The translations under genes and the position numbers were made by a program. A stretch of 64,000 bases of DNA from Patescibacteria group bacterium (GTDB lineage: Bacteria; Patescibacteriota; Microgenomatia; UBA10105; UBA927). The notes under the pieces were generated by a model that was not told the DNA's origin, did no database searches, and saw only the letters and a program-made list of their open reading frames with translations. Each line of letters starts with the position of its first letter. The stretch's first letter is position 1. Below, in pieces: positions 54,580 through 62,029 of the stretch. Location of the stretch: contig JBMOPU010000012.1 in the NCBI GenBank assembly GCA_049322955.1, positions 211,581-275,580 on the forward strand, given 5' to 3'.

Positions 54580-55716
54580 ATGCATATCCCACTTCATAAA
54601 CCGTTATGGGGCAAAAAAGCGGAACGGGCGGTGCTTTCGGCACTTCGTACCGGGGTCGGTACGGCGGACGGTCCGTACACCCGTGCGATGCGTGAAAAAC
54701 TGAAACTGCTTACCAAGACGTCAGCCGCTATCCCGGTAACTTCCTGTACCCATGCGATGGAAACTGCCGTAGCCTGTTTGGGAGCAAAAACCGGGGACGA
54801 AATTATTGTACCGAGTTTTACGTTGGCTTCTACGGCAACCGCCGTGATGATTCGGGGAGCCACCCCCGTGTTTGCCGATATCGATCCCGTATCGTACAGC
54901 CTGGATCCGCAGTCGGTTGCAAAGCGTATTACCAAGCGCACCGTGGGTATTATCACGGTGCATTATGCCGGAATGGCGGGCGGGTATTTTGATTCGCTCC
55001 TTGGTTTGGCCAAACAACATAACCTATGGTTGGTTGAAGACGCCGCCCATTGCATCGGCTCCGTGTACAAAAAAAAGCATCTGGGCACCTTTGGGACGGC
55101 CGGTGCCCTCAGCTTTCATGGGACCAAAAATGTGGCGGCAGGTGAAGGCGGGGCAATTCTTACCGACGATGCACGGCTCGCCGATGCAATGGAAGTGTTC
55201 CGATCGATCGGTACCGACCGCATGCAGTTTTTGGCAGGAAAAGTGTCGGCATATAGTTGGGTAGGAGAAGGGAGTAGTTATATGCTTTCTGATATACTCG
55301 CCGCATTGGTAAATATACAACTGGATCAAATTGATAGAATAAATAAAAATCGAAGTCGAATAGCATCAGAATATACCAAGTTTTGGAGTACGTATGCGGA
55401 CAAAGTGCAATTGCCCGTGCTCCCCAAGGGAATGACCGTACCGAATTGGCATATCTACGCACTCAAATTCCGTTCTCCTCAGCTTACCACGAAATTTATC
55501 ACGGCTATGCGCAAAAAACACATAGAAGTGTCCTCGCATTACCTGCCGCTCCACCTTGCGCCGATGGGAAGACGTATAGGAGTAAATACGCCGTCGTTGC
55601 CGGTAACCGTCGATGTTGCATCCACGATCGTCCGAATGCCCATTTATGCCGGGATGACTTCACTCGAACGGGAATACGTCATTACGACGGCAGGAAAGGT
55701 GTTGCGTACCCTGTGA
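54580..55716 (+). CDS. DegT/DnrJ/EryC1/StrS-family (ArnB-like) PLP-dependent sugar aminotransferase
   Basis: …VHYAGMAGGYFDSLLGLAKQHNLWLVEDAAHCIGS…SFHGTKNVAAGEGG. Start placed at ATG 54580 behind the GGAGG RBS. Confidence 0.85.
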   Translation: MHIPLHKPLWGKKAERAVLSALRTGVGTADGPYTRAMREKLKLLTKTSAAIPVTSCTHAMETAVACLGAKTGDEIIVPSFTLASTATAVMIRGATPVFADIDPVSYSLDPQSVAKRITKRTVGIITVHYAGMAGGYFDSLLGLAKQHNLWLVEDAAHCIGSVYKKKHLGTFGTAGALSFHGTKNVAAGEGGAILTDDARLADAMEVFRSIGTDRMQFLAGKVSAYSWVGEGSSYMLSDILAALVNIQLDQIDRINKNRSRIASEYTKFWSTYADKVQLPVLPKGMTVPNWHIYALKFRSPQLTTKFITAMRKKHIEVSSHYLPLHLAPMGRRIGVNTPSLPVTVDVASTIVRMPIYAGMTSLEREYVITTAGKVLRTL

Positions 55717-55724
55717 GATCAGCC

Positions 55725-56777
55725 ATGAAACCGTATTTGTCCGTTATCATCCCGTATCATAATGCTCCCGACGATTTGGAACGGCTCATTTCGAGTATTC
55801 AAAAAAGCCGGATGACGCTTCCGTTTGAAGTGATCGTTGTCGATGACGGCAGTGAAAAAGCGTGCATGGTGGACTCCGCATGGCTGAAAGAAAGGAACAT
55901 AACCCGACACACAACGAATTTTGCACTGCGCACGGTTCGGCTTTCGAAAAATTGCGGCCCGGCTATTGCCAGAAACAGGGGAGTGGATCATGCGAAAGGG
56001 GAGTTTGTGGTGTTTCTTGACGGCGATGTCGAGGTGTTTCCCGATACGCTCAAGAATATTTGCCGGATATTTCGTGACGATCCCGATGTTGTGGCGCTCA
56101 CCGGGGTGTGGGTCAAGGAACAGCGGTCCGATAGCTTTTTCCCCAACTTTAAGGCGCTCCGGGACTGGAGTTACTGGATCAATGAGCGGGACAAGAGCGG
56201 CTATTATTTTCTGTTCTCTACGCGTATTGCGGCCATCAAACGCGCGGTGTTTTTGCGGCTCGGGGGATTTAACGAGGAATATCCGGCACCGCTTGTCGAG
56301 GATATTGAGCTTACTTATCGGATAGCACGTCGTTACGCGATCATTTTTGCTCCCGAAGTACGGGTTCGACACGAATTCGAAACATTTTGGCCGATCGCGA
56401 AAAAATATTTCCTCCGTGCGTATTACTGGACAAAATTGTATGCCAGACGAAAAAAATTCGATCCGGTTGCCACAACCCTCCAGGAAGCCGTAACGGCTAT
56501 CAGCGGCGTGGGAGTCGCGGCGACGGCAATGATAAGTACGGCGGCGCTTCTTGCTACCCGGGGGATACTCACCCCGGTTACGGGTGTATTTGTCATGTTA
56601 TTTGCCGTTTCTCTCCTGCTCCATACATTGTTGGTCGCGAAATTTTTGGCGTTTGTGTATCGCGAAAAAGGGCTTATGTTTATGCTGAAAAGTTTTGTTA
56701 CGGGGATTGTCCTGTATTGTTTTATTTTCGGAGGTGCCGCCGCGGGGCGCATAACACATGGAAAAACCGGAGTATGA
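55725..56777 (+). CDS. GT2 with C-terminal TM helices (GtrB/ArnC-like polyprenyl-phosphate glycosyltransferase)
   Basis: LSVIIPYHNAPDDL…VIVVDDGSE…FLDGDV, plus two C-terminal TM segments. Start trimmed from 55383 to ATG 55725, 8 nt after the aminotransferase TGA. Confidence 0.75.
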   Translation: MKPYLSVIIPYHNAPDDLERLISSIQKSRMTLPFEVIVVDDGSEKACMVDSAWLKERNITRHTTNFALRTVRLSKNCGPAIARNRGVDHAKGEFVVFLDGDVEVFPDTLKNICRIFRDDPDVVALTGVWVKEQRSDSFFPNFKALRDWSYWINERDKSGYYFLFSTRIAAIKRAVFLRLGGFNEEYPAPLVEDIELTYRIARRYAIIFAPEVRVRHEFETFWPIAKKYFLRAYYWTKLYARRKKFDPVATTLQEAVTAISGVGVAATAMISTAALLATRGILTPVTGVFVMLFAVSLLLHTLLVAKFLAFVYREKGLMFMLKSFVTGIVLYCFIFGGAAAGRITHGKTGV

Positions 56778-57564
56778 GGCGATGTATCGCGTGGAGGATA
56801 CTCATTGGTGGTTTGTATGCCGCCGACGGTTTGTACGACGGTTATTTGCCCGCATGGGAATCGTGAGTACGGGGGAGAAAAAAAAGAATCGACGTATCGC
56901 CGATATCGGGGCGGGAACGGGGGGCATGATCCGTGTGCTTGAAGAATACGGCACTCCTTTTGGCATAGAGCCGAACCCTGAAGGCAGATTCTATGCCAAA
57001 AAGCGCGGCATTACGCTGAAGGACGGGAACGCTACCCGAACGGGTCTTGCGGCAAACAGCATGGATATCGTCTGTTTTTTTGATGTGCTGTACCATCGGG
57101 GAATCGATGAACAAAAAGCGCTTGCGGAAGCGAAACGTATCTTAAAACCCGGCGGAATACTTTGTATCACCGACTGTGCCTTACCGATCCTTCGCGGTCC
57201 GCATGATCGCGCCGTTTCAGGCGGCAAACGATATACGCGGGAAAGCATGGTTTCCGGTATCACGCGTGCGGGTTTTGTGCCCGTGTATGCAACCTACACC
57301 TATTTTCTGCTGTTGCCGCTCGTTGCGATCAAACGGCTTGTTGACCGATTGGTGATGCCCTCGGCCGTTAACCGCTCCGATGTCCGACCGGTGCACCCGA
57401 TACTCAACGCACTGTTTGCCAATGTCACACTTCTTGAGGAGCTGGGAATCGGGAAAGTGACGTATCCGTGGGGATCATCGTTGCTGGTGGCGGCCCGAAA
57501 GGACGATGTGACTCGCACCAAACAACTTGTACCGCGACGCAAAGAGAGAAAGGGTAAGGTATGA
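56758..57564 (+). CDS. Class I SAM-dependent methyltransferase
   Basis: Motif I IADIGAGTGGM. Also DIVCFFDVLYH and ILKPGGILCITD. Confidence 0.7.
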   Translation: MEKPEYEAMYRVEDTHWWFVCRRRFVRRLFARMGIVSTGEKKKNRRIADIGAGTGGMIRVLEEYGTPFGIEPNPEGRFYAKKRGITLKDGNATRTGLAANSMDIVCFFDVLYHRGIDEQKALAEAKRILKPGGILCITDCALPILRGPHDRAVSGGKRYTRESMVSGITRAGFVPVYATYTYFLLLPLVAIKRLVDRLVMPSAVNRSDVRPVHPILNALFANVTLLEELGIGKVTYPWGSSLLVAARKDDVTRTKQLVPRRKERKGKV

Positions 57565-58889
57565 GGACAGGCATCAAAACCGCGGCGCGACACCTACTCC
57601 GGCGGGTGTCACATCCGCGCGGGTTTGATCCGCAAACGTTTCCCCGGCGCCCGCTTTCGACTACGGTTATCCGGGCACGTCTTGCCGATGTCGGATGGAA
57701 TCTCGCCGACCGGCCGATCGGTTATAACATGGGGTCACTCTACACTTCACCGCATCCGCTCTCGGTTCATGCCTATCGGACCCTTGTTCACGCAAATCCC
57801 GGTCATTTGGGATCGTATGACGAAACCTCCCTGCGCTATGCCGACACGACGACGATGGAATATGAAGTGATCCGGAAAATGGCGGATTTATACAACGCCC
57901 CGCGGGATGTCACGGGATATATCACTTCAGGAGGAACGGAGGGAAATCTGTATGCGTTTTGGCAGGGTCAATCCTTCGTCGCGCCAAGGGGTAAGAGTTG
58001 TTTGTTGGTCACGCCGCTCACGCATTATTCGGTAAAAAAGGCGGGAGCGATTGCGGCAAAAGACACCTATGCCGTCGCGCTTGAGCAGGATACATGGGGG
58101 ATGAATGCGGAAGATTTCCGTCGCCGGGTACTCACCTTGTATCGTCGCGGGTATCGGGGATTTATCGTATGCCTTACGGAAGGATACAGTACCACGGGTA
58201 CCGGGGATAATACGACGGCGATAACCCGAGAGGCAAAGAAGCTCCGAAGTTCACTTCGGGGAATCGAATTTTATTTTTGGATTGACGCGGCATTAAACGG
58301 ATTGGTACTGCCGTTTCGTGAACGCGGGTTTTCCCCTTTTGCAAACCCTGAAATAGCGGCGGTAGTCGTTGATTTCCATAAATTCGGATTGGCGCCGTAT
58401 CCTGCCGGTATAGTGTTGTATCGCAACAAATTCATGCGGGGCATCAGTTCTCCGATCGATTACTTGCCGCAACGGGATACGACCGTTTCCGGTTCACGTT
58501 CGGGTATTCCCGCCGCGGCGGTTTGGGCGGGCATCCATGCCGTCGGGGCGCGTGGTCTGAAGGATATCGTTTCCCGACAAACGGCGAACAAACAATGGTG
58601 CATAACGCATCTTGCTATCGCAGGAGACGCGATACGGATCATCACCGATGCGGGGAGTGTTACCATGGGAATGATGTTTCCTACGCTATCCAACGGAAGA
58701 TTACCCCGATGGCTGGAGCAGAAATATTGGCTCTATGCCGGACGGACGGATTCCTACGGCCTGCCCGATATGCAGAAGTCTTTGTACAAAGTCTTTTTCC
58801 TCCCGCACCTCACCCGACGTGTCGTATCCGAATTTACCCGTGATATCCTCTCCGTGGTGGCAACGACGAAAAATGCCTCAAAAAAATAA
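57561..58889 (+). CDS. Group II PLP-dependent decarboxylase-like enzyme
   Basis: TSGGTEGNLYAF (compare SGGTEAN in this family) and the PLP-lysine block VDFHKFGLAPYPAGIVLYR. Confidence 0.6.
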   Translation: MRTGIKTAARHLLRRVSHPRGFDPQTFPRRPLSTTVIRARLADVGWNLADRPIGYNMGSLYTSPHPLSVHAYRTLVHANPGHLGSYDETSLRYADTTTMEYEVIRKMADLYNAPRDVTGYITSGGTEGNLYAFWQGQSFVAPRGKSCLLVTPLTHYSVKKAGAIAAKDTYAVALEQDTWGMNAEDFRRRVLTLYRRGYRGFIVCLTEGYSTTGTGDNTTAITREAKKLRSSLRGIEFYFWIDAALNGLVLPFRERGFSPFANPEIAAVVVDFHKFGLAPYPAGIVLYRNKFMRGISSPIDYLPQRDTTVSGSRSGIPAAAVWAGIHAVGARGLKDIVSRQTANKQWCITHLAIAGDAIRIITDAGSVTMGMMFPTLSNGRLPRWLEQKYWLYAGRTDSYGLPDMQKSLYKVFFLPHLTRRVVSEFTRDILSVVATTKNASKK

Positions 58890-58932
58890 GCGGTTTTTAT
58901 GTCAGTACCGGAGATTCACCGTGATGTCAGTC

Positions 58933-58947
58933 CGTTGCGTTTGAACA
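58933..58947. promoter_or_regulatory. Perfect 15-bp palindrome TGAACAagcTGTTCA, 25 bp upstream of the 58973 gene
   Basis: Read directly. Possible operator or small hairpin. Confidence 0.25.
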
Positions 58948-58972
58948 AGCTGTTCATGTACGATAGCGGGGT

Positions 58973-59704
58973 ATGATCCATGCGTTTCGCGAATCAGTGC
59001 TGTCAATGTACGAATCGGTACGTCTCACGGTGTTCGGATTCATCTATGATCTCCTGGCGAAGCCGACGCTTTTTCAATCAACCTTCGGTAGAAGACTGAT
59101 TCGCAACTACAGCGGTGATGCCGGGCAACATACGGACACGGTTACGGGTTTTACGGGCTACGGTCTGATTCATTATGCGATGGTTCGCAACCTCCGCCCC
59201 GCACGCATTCTCTGTATCGGGTCACGGAAAGGATTCATACCGGGAATCCTTGCGCTTGCCGCGCGTGACAATGCCGTGGGGCATGTGGATTTTGTCGATC
59301 CCGGGTTTGACCGCGCCGGCCATCCCGGCAAAAGCTGGGGAGGCGTGGGATTTTGGAAGAAAGGGGTGGCTCAAGCGCATTTTGCAAAGTTGGGAGTCGG
59401 GTCCCGGATCACGCATTATCCGATGACTAGCCGTGCGTTTGCAAAACAATATCCGCGAAGAAAATACGGCTATATATACATTGACGGAGACCATTCATAT
59501 ACGGGGGTTTCTACCGATTACCGGATGTTTTGGCCGCGCCTTGTCCGCGGAGGCTTGATGGTGTTTCACGATATTGCGGCACACGGAAAACTGGAAGGGG
59601 GTATCTTTGGCGTGCATACGCTGTGGAAGAATATACCGGTCGAACAAAAAATCTGTTTTCCTGTTCCCCGCGAGTCCGGTCTCGGTATCGTACAAAAGCC
59701 GTAG
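58973..59704 (+). CDS. Class I SAM-dependent methyltransferase (Methyltransf_24/TylF-CmcI-like)
   Basis: ILCIGSRKGFIPGILALAARDN…YIYIDGDHSYTGVSTDYRMFWPRLVRGGLMVFHDI. Confidence 0.6.
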   Translation: MIHAFRESVLSMYESVRLTVFGFIYDLLAKPTLFQSTFGRRLIRNYSGDAGQHTDTVTGFTGYGLIHYAMVRNLRPARILCIGSRKGFIPGILALAARDNAVGHVDFVDPGFDRAGHPGKSWGGVGFWKKGVAQAHFAKLGVGSRITHYPMTSRAFAKQYPRRKYGYIYIDGDHSYTGVSTDYRMFWPRLVRGGLMVFHDIAAHGKLEGGIFGVHTLWKNIPVEQKICFPVPRESGLGIVQKP

Positions 59705-59727
59705 GGGAGAGTATCGCACCGGGTGCG

Positions 59728-60660
59728 TCAGCCGGGCAGATGAAACGCGGAAATTTCAGGATCTTTTCGGATGAGGCGAACAACCCGCGGATCAGGTGAC
59801 CAAAGACCGATACAGTTCCGATGCCATAGGAGGAATCGCATACCGGGGAGTGCATCGGCGAAGCGCTCAAGCGGTATGGGCACTATACCGAAATTGACGA
59901 TAACGATGCCGTGCGAAGAAATACGTTTTCGGAGAGCGGAAAAAAACGTGTCGGCCGCGACATCTTCGGCAAGACGAACTCCGACAAACATATCAACGAT
60001 GGCGACATCGTAGATACCCCGTGCAGTTCGGAGGAATCGCATCGCTCCCGTTTGGTGCCACGTCATCTTGGGTATGACCTTTGTGGGGACAAAGTACCGT
60101 CGTGCCGCCTGTATGATGGTTTCCGACGGTTCCACCAGATCGACCGAGTCGGCAAGCCGGTGGGTGATGAGCCCGATGCCGATTGATCCGGTACCGCCGC
60201 CCAATATCAGTGCGCGACGCCTCGTACCGGTCGGTCGTCGTATAGCAAGGAGAATACTCCGCACCACATCAAGGTATGCCCATGTATCGCCGGGTGTTCG
60301 ATGCACCATTGATTGTATGCCGCCGTCCGCACAATCCCTGAGGATACGTTTATTTTCGCGAGGGCGTACGGGAAGAAAAAAATCAACGATATCAAAATCA
60401 ATGCCGTGCGCCGTCAGCCGATTTCTTCTGATCCAGAAACCGCCGGTTACGGCAAGGAGTACGGTGAATCCGTACATTGAGAGCAATACGCCGATAAGCA
60501 GGTGTCCCGCAGTCGTGTATCGCGAAAGAAATGCGGCCGTCCCAAGAACAAGCGTGAGAGTAAGCAATACTTTGCTCCCGAAGGGGAGCGTATGAAGCCA
60601 GATCGAGAATCGGACGTTCTGCATGGATATGGGTGAATGAGTTGGGTGTGGTGTCGTCAT
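59728..60660 (-). CDS. Membrane-anchored spermidine-synthase-fold (aminopropyl/methyl-transferase-like) protein
   Basis: Two N-terminal TM helices, then ALILGGGTGSIGIGL…VDLVEPSE…DVAIVDMF…GIVIVN. ATGA overlap with the upstream GT2 gene. Confidence 0.55.
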   Translation of the reverse strand: MTTPHPTHSPISMQNVRFSIWLHTLPFGSKVLLTLTLVLGTAAFLSRYTTAGHLLIGVLLSMYGFTVLLAVTGGFWIRRNRLTAHGIDFDIVDFFLPVRPRENKRILRDCADGGIQSMVHRTPGDTWAYLDVVRSILLAIRRPTGTRRRALILGGGTGSIGIGLITHRLADSVDLVEPSETIIQAARRYFVPTKVIPKMTWHQTGAMRFLRTARGIYDVAIVDMFVGVRLAEDVAADTFFSALRKRISSHGIVIVNFGIVPIPLERFADALPGMRFLLWHRNCIGLWSPDPRVVRLIRKDPEISAFHLPG

Positions 60661-61577
60661 ACGGGTTGGGGAACACGGGTGAACGTATGTATATGATACC
60701 CTCCGGACTTTGCCGCGGCCATAGCCGCGTGAAACAGGAATATCCCGGCTTTTTCGGCGGGAGTGACGCCCCGATACAGTGCAGGGAGGGTAGCAGACTC
60801 AATGCTACGGGATGAAAGAAGTCCATAATTGTTTATAAACGTCGGATCGTGCAGATACATCCTTTCAAGCAGTGCCTTTGTCCTGCCATACAGGTATGCC
60901 TGTCGGAGCAAGGTACCGAGCGGCGCGTTTTTTTTCTCATGGGTCACCGCCGCCGTATGGACATAGAAGAGGGGAATATGGTGCCGAATAAGGCGACAGG
61001 CAAGTTCCTGATCTTCTCCGATAAACGGAAATACATCGGCAAGAAACGGTTCGGGAAATCGGGATAGTGTGGCGCGGTAGGTAAAAATGTTGGCGACGAT
61101 AAGCGCGGTAAGTTTCGGAAACGGAGGAGTCGGTCGCATGCCGAGAGCGGTTGTCTCCCGGTGAAATTGAGACAATCTGACACGTTCGGCTAATCCGTCG
61201 GTTTCATACCGTTGGCGAATAGCCCCTTGATACACCGCATCGGGAACGCTTGTCTTTCTTCGGGAAAGCGTGCTCCGGACGACGGCGAGCCATCGGGGAG
61301 AAACCATACTGTCATCGTCGATGAATGCTATACCTTCCCGCGAGGCAATACGTGCTCCCGTATTGCGACAGTGCGATGCGCCCCTGCGGGTCTCGACGCG
61401 GTAGAGAATGCGATACCGTTTCCCGAATCCGTCGACGATTTGTTTGGTATCGTCTGTGCTGTCATTGTCAACCACGATGACTTCATCGGTGCGGGTGAGT
61501 TGGGGAACCAGACGCTTGAGGCATCGGGCGAGGGTTGCCGCCCTGTTTTTGGTTGGAATGACGATGGAAACATTCAT
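60657..61577 (-). CDS. GT2 (GT-A fold) glycosyltransferase
   Basis: MNVSIVIPTKNRAATL…VIVVDNDSTDDT…FIDDDSMV. Its start ATG overlaps the PqqD-like TGA (ATGA). Confidence 0.75.
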   Translation of the reverse strand: MNVSIVIPTKNRAATLARCLKRLVPQLTRTDEVIVVDNDSTDDTKQIVDGFGKRYRILYRVETRRGASHCRNTGARIASREGIAFIDDDSMVSPRWLAVVRSTLSRRKTSVPDAVYQGAIRQRYETDGLAERVRLSQFHRETTALGMRPTPPFPKLTALIVANIFTYRATLSRFPEPFLADVFPFIGEDQELACRLIRHHIPLFYVHTAAVTHEKKNAPLGTLLRQAYLYGRTKALLERMYLHDPTFINNYGLLSSRSIESATLPALYRGVTPAEKAGIFLFHAAMAAAKSGGYHIHTFTRVPQPV

Positions 61578-61858
61578 GAAACAATCATAAGCAGTCCGTC
61601 ACGAAGGTATTGCCGTATAAATCCGATAACATCATGTTCGGCAACGCGTTCAGGGATAGAAAACTTTGCGGCCAATCCGCGGACAAGTGATGAAACGGGT
61701 ACCGCCCTGGTTGTTTTTGCCCAAAGAAACCCCGCGGTTTCGTTGAGTTTTCTGACGTATTGTTTGTTGGGTTCCAGGATCACCCACTCGGTTCCGACGC
61801 GCTTGCTGACGATACCGGAACCTCTCACAACACGAGCTCCAAGAAGATCAGCGCTCAT
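61574..61858 (-). CDS. PqqD-family (RiPP recognition element-like) small protein, 94 aa
   Basis: …WVILEPNKQYVRKLNETAGFLWAKTT…DVIGFIRQYLRDGLLM matches the PqqD pattern (y.LN.tga.iW…Dv..fl..L.~gl). Confidence 0.6.
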   Translation of the reverse strand: MSADLLGARVVRGSGIVSKRVGTEWVILEPNKQYVRKLNETAGFLWAKTTRAVPVSSLVRGLAAKFSIPERVAEHDVIGFIRQYLRDGLLMIVS

Positions 61859-61912
61859 GGGTATATGCTTTCTTCGTGCGATAAACGTAAAGAGTCATCA
61901 CACGATCAGTCG

Positions 61913-61984
61913 TTAGGCACTTTCAACCAACACCACCTCGATCTTGACTCGGCGATCCGCCGGTTTCCGATAGGTCATAGACAT
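61913..61984 (-). CDS. Candidate small ORF (MSMTYRKPADRRVKIEVVLVESA) upstream of the PqqD-like gene. Not in the ORF track. PqqA-like?
   Basis: GGAGG RBS (revcomp at 61988-61992), ATGs at 61984 and 61978, TAA at 61915-61913. RKPA plus IEVVLV resembles the PqqA leader and core (KKPAF…LEVTLY). Confidence 0.25.
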   Translation of the reverse strand: MSMTYRKPADRRVKIEVVLVESA

Positions 61985-61999
61985 ATTCCTCCAAGACCC

Positions 62000-62029
62000 A
62001 TGCTATCGTATTGTCGCTTTGAGTGTCAA
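62000..62029 (-). promoter_or_regulatory. Sigma70-like promoter candidate for the small ORF / PqqD-GT2 operon
   Basis: Minus strand: TTGACA (62029-62024), 18 nt spacer, TAGCAT (62005-62000). It overlaps the stop codon of the peptidase gene. Confidence 0.25.

Noticed and set aside
55383-55724. N-terminal 114-codon extension of the GT2 ORF
   Set aside because: It overlaps the 3' end of the DegT gene in another frame. A proper ATG (55725) sits 8 nt after the DegT stop and begins the conserved GT2 N-terminus.
61212-61916. 234-aa plus-strand ORF overlapping the GT2 and PqqD genes
   Set aside because: The minus-strand GT2 has a clear GT-A signature and operon context. The plus-strand translation is featureless.
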